Notes: a model not told the origin generated them from the sequence alone. A stretch of 64,000 nucleotides of DNA from an uncultured Pelagibacteraceae bacterium (GCA_902538495.1 CACBFJ010000004.1:5943-69942); one strand, 5' to 3'; positions 18,357 through 28,274 are shown, counted from the first letter of the stretch. A program made the numbers and translations.

Positions 18357-18578
18357 CTATTTAGTAATTTTATCTACCAATTTCTTAATCGGTGGACCAA
18401 GTATTAATGCTGCAATTATAGCTATAGGTAAACTGACTACCCATGCTTTTAAGAATCTATTGATATAATCTTTATCCATACCAGTGTTGATATATGTGAT
18501 AATTAGAGTCATTAATAAACTCATTCCAAAACCCATAATTAAAATAAAAATAAAATCAAAGTATTTTTTAGGTAACAT
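18357..18578 (-). CDS. DUF2798-like small membrane protein
   Basis: Two TMs, M...MS..M, N.G....FL.AW..S.P.A. Confidence 0.7.
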   Translation of the reverse strand: MLPKKYFDFIFILIMGFGMSLLMTLIITYINTGMDKDYINRFLKAWVVSLPIAIIAALILGPPIKKLVDKITK

Positions 18579-19162
18579 TATTTTTTAAAGAATTTAATTG
18601 CATCTTCCATTCTATCATCACCCCAAAATATTTCATTGTTAATAACAAAAGTTGGACTACCAAAGATTTTATTCTCTCTTGCAGAATTTGTATTTGCTAG
18701 GTATTTATCTTCAATCAATTTTGTTTTTGCCTCAGAAATTATATCATCTTTGTTCATTTTTAATTCTTTACATATCTCAGAAATACTTGGTTCTATAGCT
18801 GGTTCTTTTCCTTCTTGAAACCATTTTTTATAAGTCAGTCTAACATAATCTATACCCCATCCCTTATCCAATCCAAGAATTGCAATTTGATTTGCTAAGT
18901 CAAATTCAGATAATGGGTAGGGCACAGGTGTTTTTGCAAAAAAACCATAACCTTCAGCTCGTCTTTCAATATCTCTCCACATGTAATTTACCTTATTAAG
19001 CTTATCCTTTGGAAATGGAATATTATTCATTTCCTTCATGATTGCCCGAACACTAAATGGTTTCCAATTAAACTGGACATGATGTTTTTTTTCGACATCA
19101 AGTATTCTAGTTACAGCTAAATAAGTATAAGTGCTTCCAATTGAAAAATAAAAGTCAATCAT
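18578..19162 (-). CDS. DsbA-family 2-hydroxychromene-2-carboxylate isomerase / GST-kappa-like protein
   Basis: IDFYFS.GS.YTYL, Y.WRD.ER, FGSPTF....E.FWG.DR. Confidence 0.85.
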   Translation of the reverse strand: MIDFYFSIGSTYTYLAVTRILDVEKKHHVQFNWKPFSVRAIMKEMNNIPFPKDKLNKVNYMWRDIERRAEGYGFFAKTPVPYPLSEFDLANQIAILGLDKGWGIDYVRLTYKKWFQEGKEPAIEPSISEICKELKMNKDDIISEAKTKLIEDKYLANTNSARENKIFGSPTFVINNEIFWGDDRMEDAIKFFKK

Positions 19163-19168
19163 TTACTC

Positions 19169-19489
19169 TTATTTTGACATTGGAGTGGCGCCAGTCTCTA
19201 AACTTATAATTTTTCCATCTTTGTATTTATAAACTGCCATTACTGCTTCTACATTTCCGTCATTAAATCTTACTATTGAATGGTGAACTCCAATTTCATC
19301 ATTTTCATAGACCACTCTTGTTTTATCTTGGTTTATATCACCACTCATTGCCCATTTTATCACATCGGCTTTACCTATGGTGTTTCCTGATTTATGCATT
19401 GTAAATTTGAAATCATCATGCAAAAGTTCATTCATGGTAGTTTCATCTTTTTTGTCTATTGCATCAGTATATTTTTTTAATATCGACAT
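19169..19489 (-). CDS. NTF2/SnoaL-like protein
   Basis: A...D...M..LLHDDF, KDGKI..LE pattern. Confidence 0.7.
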   Translation of the reverse strand: MSILKKYTDAIDKKDETTMNELLHDDFKFTMHKSGNTIGKADVIKWAMSGDINQDKTRVVYENDEIGVHHSIVRFNDGNVEAVMAVYKYKDGKIISLETGATPMSK

Positions 19490-19490
19490 C

Positions 19491-19778
19491 TTAAACTCCT
19501 TTAATAATTATTCCGTTGCCTATTGAGTTCTCTAAACGGATTTGTTTTATTGGTTTATATTTCTCAGAGTTATACCACTCTAAAGCTTTTTCGTAACTTG
19601 GAAATTTAATAACAACGGTTCTAGGATAAGTCCAAGTGCCTTCAACTAGCGTAGTTTCGCCAGCTTTGACAACATATTCTCCACCATACATCTCAACAAT
19701 CGGTTTTACTTTTTCTATGTATTCTTTGTACTGCTCGGGTTTTTTTATTTCTATATTGAATATCGCAAACCCAGACAT
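19491..19778 (-). CDS. DUF1330 protein
   Basis: Y.EY......YGG.Y, EG.W...R.V.I.FPS.E.A..WY.S..Y. Confidence 0.88.
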   Translation of the reverse strand: MSGFAIFNIEIKKPEQYKEYIEKVKPIVEMYGGEYVVKAGETTLVEGTWTYPRTVVIKFPSYEKALEWYNSEKYKPIKQIRLENSIGNGIIIKGV

Positions 19779-20194
19779 TAGGTATATATTTTATCAGCTA
19801 AACCGTAACATAAAATTGCACTCATTAATGTGAATACAAATGGTGCAATAATACCTTCGTTTGTAGTTTTCTCGTTTACTCCAGTTTTATTTATTTTAAT
19901 TGAATAAAAATTACATAAAAAAATACATAAATTATTTATGAAAACTAAATTTAAGAATCCCCATGTATTTTCTAAACCACCAGGTCTTATAAAACCCACA
20001 TATATGGACATCAAAAAGACAGCAAGCATAAACGCCCCAGCCATTCTAATCATTATTGCTCCACTGGGATCTATGCCAAATTTTTCCATAAAGTTTTTAG
20101 TACCAAAAATGGTTTGAAAAGCATAAACACCAACGCCAATAAAATGAACTAAATAAATTATTAAATAAAATATCCCATTAAATTTTTCTAACAT
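19778..20194 (-). CDS. Hypothetical 4-TM membrane protein
   Basis: Four hydrophobic segments; AGGAG SD. Confidence 0.7.
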   Translation of the reverse strand: MLEKFNGIFYLIIYLVHFIGVGVYAFQTIFGTKNFMEKFGIDPSGAIMIRMAGAFMLAVFLMSIYVGFIRPGGLENTWGFLNLVFINNLCIFLCNFYSIKINKTGVNEKTTNEGIIAPFVFTLMSAILCYGLADKIYT

Positions 20195-20202
20195 TTTGTC
20201 TC

Positions 20203-20517
20203 CTAATCGTTAAAAACCATTCTCATTTCATCTTGAATTGTACCTTCTTTAAAAACACCCTTCATTTTTTTTTGAAGATCAATAAATTTAGGATCAGCTG
20301 ACATGTTTTGATCATTTTCAAAAGCTTTGTCTGTAAACTGTTCTCCAACAAGTGTTTCTCTTACTGTTCTGGGGTTACCGCCAATTTGAAAAGAAAAATA
20401 AACTTGATGATCAGGATAATGTTTTTTTCTTACTTCTGCTAAACCTTTAGAAATTTCCATTGCCTCACCAAGTTTATCATCATAAACACCGATGGTTCTT
20501 GTGTAGATTGCTTTCAT
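20203..20517 (-). CDS. Hypothetical protein, possible NIPSNAP/dimeric alpha+beta barrel fold
   Basis: 104 aa with alternating strand/helix pattern, ..ADPKF..L..K; SD present. Confidence 0.6.
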   Translation of the reverse strand: MKAIYTRTIGVYDDKLGEAMEISKGLAEVRKKHYPDHQVYFSFQIGGNPRTVRETLVGEQFTDKAFENDQNMSADPKFIDLQKKMKGVFKEGTIQDEMRMVFND

Positions 20518-20528
20518 AAATCTTCCTC

Positions 20529-20816
20529 TTAAGCGTTATAGTCCATCACTTGATCAGTGCACTCAGTAAATTTATGAGGCTCAAAGAAATCATTCATTTG
20601 ACCTAATTGATTATTAATATCTGCTTCACTGTTTGCTTTCCACCAGCAAAACATTTGCATTGTATCACCAGGTGTATTCCAGGTCATTTGACATGCAGCT
20701 TTATCACTGGTCATTGATTTAATAATATCCTCCATTTTCATTGAGGCTACTGTTTCGCTAAATTTATCTTTCATTTCTTTAGATTTGAAAGTGTGAGTTA
20801 CCATATAGTTTTTCAT
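20529..20816 (-). CDS. Hypothetical protein, possible ferredoxin-like (DUF4242-like) fold
   Basis: YMVTHTF...MFCWWKA.SE.DI pattern; AAGGAG SD. Confidence 0.6.
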   Translation of the reverse strand: MKNYMVTHTFKSKEMKDKFSETVASMKMEDIIKSMTSDKAACQMTWNTPGDTMQMFCWWKANSEADINNQLGQMNDFFEPHKFTECTDQVMDYNA

Positions 20817-20831
20817 TTTTCTCCTTTGTGT

Positions 20832-21038
20832 TTAGCTTTTAAATAAAGCAAGAGCTTCATTCAAAAGTTTTTCAGACTTAGCATGATCACCATTATTATG
20901 GGCATCCATACCTTGATCTTTAAGTTCTTGAGCTTTTTTAATCTTTTCATCAATATTTTTAGCTAACATCGGACATGAACCTGCATATGCTGAGCTAACA
21001 AATAAGACCAAACAAAGCGTTAACATTATTTTTTTCAT
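20832..21038 (-). CDS. Small secreted helical protein
   Basis: Signal peptide (AYA-GSCP), G..AH..G.H..S; AAGGAG SD. Confidence 0.7.
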   Translation of the reverse strand: MKKIMLTLCLVLFVSSAYAGSCPMLAKNIDEKIKKAQELKDQGMDAHNNGDHAKSEKLLNEALALFKS

Positions 21039-21047
21039 TTTTTCTCC

Positions 21048-21338
21048 TTATAAATTTACTTCAGATAGTTCATATAATTTAGCGCTCTCTACACATTCTG
21101 CGTAAATAGCCTTCGCAGTAGGATTATTCCCAGTTACAAATTCTTTCATTCCAGCTTCATTATGAACATTCACTTTAAATAACATCCCACTTTTATCTGG
21201 AATCATGGCTCCAACAGTTTTTTCTGGATAGGCAACACTTTTTCTAACACCCATCCCTTCATCTGATTGCATCCATCCCATGAAAGTTTCTAATTTACCC
21301 TCTTTAAGTTTAAGGAATACTAACATTTCTTTTTCCAT
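21048..21338 (-). CDS. Hypothetical protein, possible dimeric alpha+beta barrel fold
   Basis: LVFLKLKEGK.E.F..W pattern, 96 aa; AAGGAG SD. Confidence 0.62.
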   Translation of the reverse strand: MEKEMLVFLKLKEGKLETFMGWMQSDEGMGVRKSVAYPEKTVGAMIPDKSGMLFKVNVHNEAGMKEFVTGNNPTAKAIYAECVESAKLYELSEVNL

Positions 21339-21354
21339 TTTTTCTCCTTTTAAA

Positions 21355-21726
21355 TTAATACAAAGTCTGAACTACTTTTTTAACTCTTTCAGCTCCATTC
21401 GGAACTAAAGCTTCAACAAATGTATGACATTTTTCAGTTTTAGTTTTGTCGTATTTTGAACCGTAATGTTTATCTACAGCTTTATTTACTCCTTCATCCC
21501 ATTCTTTTTCTGGAATACCAATTTCAAGAGCATACGTTTTTAAAACTTTTACTGTTGAAATAGATTTTTCTTTCATGCCATATTCAAATTTTTCACCAGA
21601 TGGTAAAAAGTAATTTGCCATATAAATTCCAACACAATCCCAAGCTTTAGATTTATCTTCATTACTCATATCTGCGTAAGCAGAAGTAAAAGCAAAAAAA
21701 GACAAGATCAAAATTATTTTCTTCAT
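21355..21726 (-). CDS. Secreted hypothetical protein
   Basis: Signal peptide (AYA-D), two Cys. Confidence 0.7.
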   Translation of the reverse strand: MKKIILILSFFAFTSAYADMSNEDKSKAWDCVGIYMANYFLPSGEKFEYGMKEKSISTVKVLKTYALEIGIPEKEWDEGVNKAVDKHYGSKYDKTKTEKCHTFVEALVPNGAERVKKVVQTLY

Positions 21727-21758
21727 AGAACCTCAAAGTTAATTATTTTAACCTAAAA

Positions 21759-21778
21759 ATGTAACTGTTTTGTTACAT
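21759..21778. promoter_or_regulatory. Palindromic operator candidate upstream of the small-gene array
   Basis: ATGTAAC-TGTTTT-GTTACAT, perfect 7-6-7 inverted repeat. Confidence 0.45.
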
Positions 21779-21793
21779 GCCTGATATGCGATA

Positions 21794-22795
21794 TTATAAC
21801 CAGCTAGGTACAGGTAAGTTTTTTTCCTTTAAAAATGATTTATTAAACATCTTAGAGTTGTATTTATCTGATTTATCACAAAGAATAGTTACGATTGTTT
21901 TTCCTGGCCCAAGCTCTTTTCCAAGTCTAATTGCACCAGCGATATTTATTCCACAACTTGTTCCTAAACTTAGCCCTTCATTTTGAATTAGGTCATAAAG
22001 TATGGGCAATGCTTCGTGATCGTCAATGGAATATGCATCATCAATTTTGGCGTTTTCAAAATTTTTTGTTATTCTACTTGAGCCAATCCCTTCAGTAATT
22101 GATCCACCTTCAGATTTTAATTCACCGTTTTTTATATAATTATAAAGTGCTGATCCTTTAGGATCGGAAAGATAAATTTTAACATTTTTATTCTTTTCTT
22201 TTAAAGCATTACTTACACCAGAAATTGTACCACCTGTTCCAGATGAACAAACAAAACCATCAACTTTACCTTCAGTTTGTTCCCATATTTCTTTTCCTGT
22301 TCCTTCATAATGTCCTTTAGCATTAGCAACATTATCGAATTGATTGGCCCAGACAACACCATTGTTATTAGTTGGTCTTAACTCATCTGCTAGACGTCCA
22401 GCAATCTTAACAAAATTATTTTCATCTTTATACGGCTTTGCAGGGACTAATCTTAATTCTGCCCCTAGATTTTTTATTGTATCTTTTTTTTCTTGAGTTT
22501 GATTATCATTCATTACAATTATTGTTTTATAACCAAGTGAATTCCCTATCAAACCTAATCCAATTCCGGTATTACCCGCAGTACCTTCAACAACAATACC
22601 ACCTTTAGAAATTAATTTTTTTTCTTGTGCGTCTTTAAGTAATGAGAGCGCAGCTCTATCTTTGACAGACCCACCAGGATTCATAAATTCTGCTTTACCA
22701 TAAATGTTACATCCTGTTAATTCAGAGGCAGCTTTAAGTTTGATTAATGGAGTATTACCAATTGAATCAATAAATGTATTTCTAATATGAACCAT
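21794..22795 (-). CDS. cysK: Cysteine synthase (O-acetylserine sulfhydrylase)
   Basis: IGNTPL, K.EF.NPGGSVKDR (PLP Lys), EGTAGNTG, GTGGT, EGIG. Confidence 0.93.
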   Translation of the reverse strand: MVHIRNTFIDSIGNTPLIKLKAASELTGCNIYGKAEFMNPGGSVKDRAALSLLKDAQEKKLISKGGIVVEGTAGNTGIGLGLIGNSLGYKTIIVMNDNQTQEKKDTIKNLGAELRLVPAKPYKDENNFVKIAGRLADELRPTNNNGVVWANQFDNVANAKGHYEGTGKEIWEQTEGKVDGFVCSSGTGGTISGVSNALKEKNKNVKIYLSDPKGSALYNYIKNGELKSEGGSITEGIGSSRITKNFENAKIDDAYSIDDHEALPILYDLIQNEGLSLGTSCGINIAGAIRLGKELGPGKTIVTILCDKSDKYNSKMFNKSFLKEKNLPVPSWL

Positions 22796-23364
22796 TAATC
22801 TTCTTTATTATCAGTAACAGCGTAAGGTTTAAATCCTCGTGTAGCATCCCCAATTTTTTTTGCAGGATTACCAGCCATTATAGATTTTTCTGGAACATCT
22901 TTGGTTACAACTGCGTTAGCACCAATCAAAGAATTTTTTCCAATAACAACAGGTCCTAGGATTTGAGCACCTGAACCTACCACTACATTTTCTTCTAAGG
23001 TAGGATGCCTTTTTGAATTTCTTTGTTCATTTGTATTAATGCTTGGAGATGTACCCCCAAGAGTAACATTATGATAGATTGTTACGTTATCGCTTATTTC
23101 AGATGTTTCGCCAATGACTACACCCATACCATGATCAATAAATAAATTTTTTCCAATTTTTGCCTTTGGGTGAATTTCAATCCCAGTAAAAAATCTTGAT
23201 AATTGTGAAATAATTCTTGCTACTAAATCAAACTTTGCAATTGCAAAAAAATTTGCAATTCTGTGAAAAAATATCGCCTTTACTCCTGGATAAGTTAATA
23301 TTAAACTTAATTTAGATTTTGCCGCAGGGTCACGGTCGATTATAGATTGTAAAAAATCATTCAT
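22795..23364 (-). CDS. cysE: Serine O-acetyltransferase
   Basis: RDPAA, YPG..A, TGIEIHP.A.IG, FIDHG.GVVIGET, KRHPT. Confidence 0.95.
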   Translation of the reverse strand: MNDFLQSIIDRDPAAKSKLSLILTYPGVKAIFFHRIANFFAIAKFDLVARIISQLSRFFTGIEIHPKAKIGKNLFIDHGMGVVIGETSEISDNVTIYHNVTLGGTSPSINTNEQRNSKRHPTLEENVVVGSGAQILGPVVIGKNSLIGANAVVTKDVPEKSIMAGNPAKKIGDATRGFKPYAVTDNKED

Positions 23365-23431
23365 GTTGTATTTATTGTGTCAGTAGATTTAGTTTATATA
23401 GTTATTTTAAAGGATATTTAAAGGATTTATT

Positions 23432-23842
23432 ATGTACAAAAATACTAATTGTTTTCATTTAGCTATACCATGTGGTGATTTAGAAACTGCTAAAAAATTT
23501 TATAGCGAGACTCTTGGATGTAGCTTAAGTAATTCTGAAAAAGAATGGGCTGATGTAGATTTTTGGGGAAATGAATTAACCCTTCATGCTAGTGATCACA
23601 AACTTAGTAATGAAAGACACGATGTTGATATGGGTAATGTCTCAGTTCCTCACTTCGGTGTTCATTTATCAAGAAAAGATTTTGATGCTTTGAAACAAAG
23701 ATTAAAAGATAAAGGGGCAAAATACTATGATGAGCCTTATCTTAGATTTAAAGGCACAAAGTACGAGCAAGAAACATTTTTTGTTAAAGATCCAAACGAT
23801 AATATTTTGGAAATAAAAACATTAACAGCAAATCCTGAATAA
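23432..23842 (+). CDS. VOC/glyoxalase family protein
   Basis: FHLAIP..DL..A..FY, W.D.DF.G, VPHFG, DP..N.LE.K. Confidence 0.87.
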   Translation: MYKNTNCFHLAIPCGDLETAKKFYSETLGCSLSNSEKEWADVDFWGNELTLHASDHKLSNERHDVDMGNVSVPHFGVHLSRKDFDALKQRLKDKGAKYYDEPYLRFKGTKYEQETFFVKDPNDNILEIKTLTANPE

Positions 23843-23870
23843 TCTTAATCAAATTACACCAAGGTGTGAA

Positions 23871-24332
23871 ATGACTTTCAGAAGAAATTTATTAAAAATT
23901 ATTGGTTTATCTTTTGTGTCATTGATTCTGTATCCATATAAGTTGGTACTTTCAGAGACAAAAAAAATAATAAATCAGAACCTTACCAGTAAACAAAAAG
24001 AAATTATGTTTAATGAAGGCACTGAAAGACCCTTTACTAGCGAATTATTAAAAGAAAAAAGGAAAGGTTTTTACCATTGTGCCAATTGTGGAAACAAATT
24101 ATTTTCCTCAGAGGCTAAATTCGATAGCGGCACTGGTTGGCCGTCATTTAGTGAAGCTTTACCAGGGGCTTTTAAAACAAAAGTGGATTATTCATTTGGT
24201 ATGAAAAGGATCGAGTATCATTGTGCAAAGTGCGGGGTCCATCATGGACACGTTTTTGACGATGGCCCAAGCTCAACTGGTAAAAGATTTTGTAATAATG
24301 GGTTGTGTTTACTATTTATCCCTGAAACTTGA
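23871..24332 (+). CDS. msrB: Methionine-R-sulfoxide reductase with Tat-like leader
   Basis: GTERPFT, CANC, KFDSGTGWPSF, CAKC.VHHGHVF.DGP, RFCNN; N-terminal FRRNLLK. Confidence 0.93.
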   Translation: MTFRRNLLKIIGLSFVSLILYPYKLVLSETKKIINQNLTSKQKEIMFNEGTERPFTSELLKEKRKGFYHCANCGNKLFSSEAKFDSGTGWPSFSEALPGAFKTKVDYSFGMKRIEYHCAKCGVHHGHVFDDGPSSTGKRFCNNGLCLLFIPET

Positions 24333-24391
24333 TAATCATTTTTATTTTTTAAAGATTTAAAGTAAGTTCAGAACATTCAAATATCTATGTT

Positions 24392-25000
24392 ATGGAATTT
24401 ACTTTATTGGGTTTTTTAACAGGTTTAAGTCTTATATTAGCTATTGGAGCTCAAAATGTTTTTGTTATAGAACAAGGTCTAAAAAAACAACACATCTTTT
24501 TAGTTTGTTTTATTTGTTCTATATCTGATTTTATTTTAATATTTTTAGGAATATTTCTTTTTCATTATTTTACACAATACTTTACTACAACAGTAGAGTT
24601 AATCTTTAACATTTTATTAATTATTTTTTTAATTCATTTTATATATTCAAAACTAAAATCCTTAAATTCAATAGTAAGTTTTAACGATAGAGTTCCTGAA
24701 ATCTCAAAATTAAATGTTTTCATAAAAACACTTGGTTTTACTTATTTAAATCCACATGTTTACTCTGACACTGTATTTTTTTTAGGAAATTTTTCTAAAA
24801 GTTTTATTTTAAATCAAAAAATATTATTCGGAGCTGGAGCTTCAATAGCATCCTTCCTATTCTTTTTTACAATTGGTTATTTGTTTAAATACCTCTCACA
24901 ATATGCTCAAAGTTCTAAAGTATGGAAAACAATAAATATTTTTATTATTAGTTTTATGAGTCTACTTACAATTTTTGTTATAATGGAAACTATTTATTAG
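24392..25000 (+). CDS. LysE/ArgO family amino acid exporter
   Basis: SLI.AIGAQN.FV..QG, T.LNPHVY.DT. Confidence 0.9.
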   Translation: MEFTLLGFLTGLSLILAIGAQNVFVIEQGLKKQHIFLVCFICSISDFILIFLGIFLFHYFTQYFTTTVELIFNILLIIFLIHFIYSKLKSLNSIVSFNDRVPEISKLNVFIKTLGFTYLNPHVYSDTVFFLGNFSKSFILNQKILFGAGASIASFLFFFTIGYLFKYLSQYAQSSKVWKTINIFIISFMSLLTIFVIMETIY

Positions 25001-26279
25001 AATATCCATATTTTTTTAATCTTACATCACCAGTTCTTGCATGAGCTTCCATTCCTTCATATCTTGATATTCTTGCTGCAGCAGCACCAACTAGTTCAGT
25101 AGATTCTTTTGTCATTCGTTGAAAACTTAAAGTTTTAATAAATTTACCAACAAATAAACCACCGGTATATTTACCAGCTCCTTTAGTTGGTAAAATATGA
25201 TTTGTACCCGAACATTTATCTCCATAAGCAACTGTAGTTTCTTCTCCTACAAATAACGATCCATAATTTGTTAATCGTTCATAAAACCATTTTAAATTTT
25301 CTGTTTGAACTTCTAAATGTTCTGGAGCGTATTCGTCACTAATCTTAACAATTTCTTCATCAGTATCGCAAAGGATTACCTCACCATAATCTCTCCAAGC
25401 TGCTTCTGCACTTTTTCTAGGAACTTCGGGTAATTCTGAAATTAATTCTGGAACTCTCTTTAATACTTTCTCAGCTAACTCTTTACTTGTTGTGTATAAC
25501 CAACATGGAGAATTATAGCCGTGTTCCGCTTGACCCACTAAGTCTACAGCAACTATCTCTGAATCAGCTTTTGCATCAGCAATTATTCCAATTTCAGTTG
25601 GACCCGCAAATAAATCTATTCCCACTTTGCCATATAAAATTCTTTTCGCTTCAGCTACAAACTGGTTTCCCGGACCAACAATGATATCTGCTGGAGGGTT
25701 CTTAAATAATCCATTAGTCATCGCAGCAATCGCTGGAACACCACCTAAGTTCAATATTACATCTGCTCCACAGAGATCGGCAGTGTAGACAATAGCAGGG
25801 TGGGCACCAACATTTTCTTTTGGAGGGCTACATGCGATTATATTTTTAACACCGGCAACTTTAGCTGTAGTAACACTCATAACAGCAGAAGCGATATGAG
25901 CATATCTTCCACCTGGTATGTAACAACCAGCAGTATTAACAGGAACTAATTTTTGACCTGCATATAAACCATCAGATAATTCAACTTCAAAATCTTGACC
26001 GTAATTTTTAAGTTGAGCTTCAGCAAATTTTCTTACTCGATCAAAAGAAAATTGGATATCATCTTTAGTTTTTTGATCTAAAGTTTTTTTTATTTCATCA
26101 ATTCTTTCTTTTGAAACAATTATTTCCCCATCGTATTTGTCAAACTTTTTTGTTAAATCAATACAACCTTGTTCTTTTGTAGTTTCAATGTCTTTTAATA
26201 AATCTTGAACTATTCCTGTTGTCTTATTGTCATCTGTTGATGATGTTTTTGGAGATTTTTTTAGATATGTGATAGCCAT
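24990..26279 (-). CDS. hpsN: Sulfopropanediol (DHPS) 3-dehydrogenase, HisD-like
   Basis: HisD fold with HpsN-type features: N-terminal I.YLKK, GCY.PGGRY.HIASA, QAEHGYNSP, YGDK..GTNH.LPT, EGMEAHAR; lies in a sulfonate cluster. Confidence 0.82.
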   Translation of the reverse strand: MAITYLKKSPKTSSTDDNKTTGIVQDLLKDIETTKEQGCIDLTKKFDKYDGEIIVSKERIDEIKKTLDQKTKDDIQFSFDRVRKFAEAQLKNYGQDFEVELSDGLYAGQKLVPVNTAGCYIPGGRYAHIASAVMSVTTAKVAGVKNIIACSPPKENVGAHPAIVYTADLCGADVILNLGGVPAIAAMTNGLFKNPPADIIVGPGNQFVAEAKRILYGKVGIDLFAGPTEIGIIADAKADSEIVAVDLVGQAEHGYNSPCWLYTTSKELAEKVLKRVPELISELPEVPRKSAEAAWRDYGEVILCDTDEEIVKISDEYAPEHLEVQTENLKWFYERLTNYGSLFVGEETTVAYGDKCSGTNHILPTKGAGKYTGGLFVGKFIKTLSFQRMTKESTELVGAAAARISRYEGMEAHARTGDVRLKKYGYSNK

Positions 26280-26340
26280 ATTAATTATTTACTATAGTTG
26301 AATTATTTAAGACAATTTCAATTTTATTGCAATCAAACAA

Positions 26341-27252
26341 TTAATCTAAAGCAACAACAGCTGCAGCAATAGAAGCTAATCTTGCTGGAGCATCATCAGA
26401 ACGACTAGTTATTACTACTGGAACTTTACCACCAACAACCACACCTGCTGCACACGCTCCACAAAAATATATAAGCATTTTTACTAATCCATTTCCCGTT
26501 TCAACACTTGGAACCAGTAATACGTCAGCCATACCAGCTACACTATTTTGTATTCCTTTAATAGCAGCAGATTTTTTTGAGATACTATTATCAAATGCTA
26601 ACGGACCAAAAACATCGGCATTTAAATTTTCTTTTTTTGCTAATTTAGTTAATTCTTCAGCCTCTTTCGAACTTGGAACACTATCTAAAATTTCTTCAGT
26701 AGCAGATAATATTGCGACCTTAGGTTTTTCAATACCAATTCTATTGGAAAAATTAATAACATTTTTAAGAATATGTAATTTTGTTTTTACATTAGGCAAA
26801 ACATTCAATGCTCCATCAGTAATTATTAAAGGTTTATCCTCTTTTCCTAAAGTCATATGCCAAATATGACTTAATCTGGTTTTTCCAAGTAAACCATATT
26901 CTCTTTTCAAAACTTCTTTCATTAGAACGTCAGTATGAATATGGCCTTTAACAATAATTTTGATCTTTTGTTCGCTCGCAAGTTTTGCAGCAATGACGGC
27001 TGTATTGTTTTCAATAGGTTCATGAATTATCTCATAATTTGAGATATCCCATTTTAAATCTTGTGCGCACTTATTTATTTCTTTTTCATCACCTATAAAA
27101 ATTGGCTCAATTAGATTTTCTTTAACAGCATCTTGCACCGACTGCATAGGAAGAGGTTTTCCTGCATTAACAATCCCTGCTTTAACACCTTTCTTTTTAT
27201 GAGCAACGTTGAGCAAGTTATCAGGACAAATAATTTCTTTTTTGGACAGCAT
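26341..27252 (-). CDS. pta: Phosphate acetyl/butyryltransferase
   Basis: KG..HT, RLSH, ITD.A.N..P, GPLAFDN, LLVP..ETGN, P.VITSRSD. Confidence 0.85.
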   Translation of the reverse strand: MLSKKEIICPDNLLNVAHKKKGVKAGIVNAGKPLPMQSVQDAVKENLIEPIFIGDEKEINKCAQDLKWDISNYEIIHEPIENNTAVIAAKLASEQKIKIIVKGHIHTDVLMKEVLKREYGLLGKTRLSHIWHMTLGKEDKPLIITDGALNVLPNVKTKLHILKNVINFSNRIGIEKPKVAILSATEEILDSVPSSKEAEELTKLAKKENLNADVFGPLAFDNSISKKSAAIKGIQNSVAGMADVLLVPSVETGNGLVKMLIYFCGACAAGVVVGGKVPVVITSRSDDAPARLASIAAAVVALD

Positions 27253-27254
27253 GA

Positions 27255-28274
27255 CTATTTTTTTAAATCTACTAAATCTTTTTTGATAATTTTTGACAAT
27301 TTGATTTCTTTTTTTACGTTCATTCTAAACCTTTTATCTTTATTTTGACCAGGATACATTATCTCTTTTACTCCTTTTATTTTAGGCAATCTTTTAATCG
27401 TTTTAATATTATTCTTAATTCTTGAGGTATAATTTTTGACAAATAAGTTTGTTTTAAATGTGATAAACAAATGTCCAATATTTTGTGGACCTGAAAAATC
27501 ATCAAAAGGATCCTTAACCTTACCTGCATGATTTCCACCAGTTAAAACACCACTTAGAATATCTACCATCCACGCTAAACCTGAACCTCTAAAACCTGCA
27601 ATAGGTAATTGAACTCCGTAAAGAGCCTTTTTTGCATCCGTTGTAGGTTTACCAAATTTATCTAATGCAACACCTTTTGGTATTTTTTGATTATTTCTAG
27701 CTGCAAATCTAATTTTTCCTCTATTAATTTTTGCAATAGCTGTATCTAATATAAAAGGTACCTTTGCTCCAGTTGGAGAGCCAAAACATATGGGATTAGT
27801 TCCAAACAAACTTTTTTTTGCACCATAAGGAGCGATTGCTGGTGGAGCGTTAGTATAAATCATAGTGATTAAATTTTTTTTGACTGCTTGCTCAGCGTAA
27901 TATCCAGACAATCCATAGTGACCACTATTTTTTACTGCCACTAAACCGATACCTGTTTTTTTGGCACATTCGATTGCTTTTCTAATCGCAAGATCAGCTG
28001 CAACGAAGCCAATACTATTATCAGCATCAATGTGAGCTATCGATTGAGATATTTTTTTAACTTTTATTCTAGGTTTTGGATTAATAACTTTTTTAGATAT
28101 TCTTTCACAATACATTCTTAATCTAGAAAGACCATGACCATAAGCACCAACTAACTCGGCATTAATCAAAGCATTAGCTGAAATAACAGCATGTGGATTA
28201 CTTAATCCGTAATTTTTAAAAATTTTGATAACTTCTTTTTTAAGATTTTCTGTTTTCAAATTAGCCTTTTCCAC
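27255..28274 (-). CDS. Ldh_2 family oxidoreductase, probable (2R)-3-sulfolactate dehydrogenase (ComC-like)
   Basis: HG..RL..Y, NS.H.G, GTNPI, G..GSGLA...DIL.G.L.G; context. Confidence 0.75.
   Translation of the reverse strand: MEKANLKTENLKKEVIKIFKNYGLSNPHAVISANALINAELVGAYGHGLSRLRMYCERISKKVINPKPRIKVKKISQSIAHIDADNSIGFVAADLAIRKAIECAKKTGIGLVAVKNSGHYGLSGYYAEQAVKKNLITMIYTNAPPAIAPYGAKKSLFGTNPICFGSPTGAKVPFILDTAIAKINRGKIRFAARNNQKIPKGVALDKFGKPTTDAKKALYGVQLPIAGFRGSGLAWMVDILSGVLTGGNHAGKVKDPFDDFSGPQNIGHLFITFKTNLFVKNYTSRIKNNIKTIKRLPKIKGVKEIMYPGQNKDKRFRMNVKKEIKLSKIIKKDLVDLKK

Noticed and set aside
18007-21726. Integron-like cassette array
   Set aside because: Spacers of 16 bp or less are too short for attC sites; the only repeat is the SD motif; no integrase is present
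23855-23868. Short palindrome ACACC-AA-GGTGT before msrB
   Set aside because: Only 5-bp arms, which cannot be distinguished from chance
24990-26279. Call as histidinol dehydrogenase hisD
   Set aside because: Sequence features and sulfonate context fit the HpsN branch better
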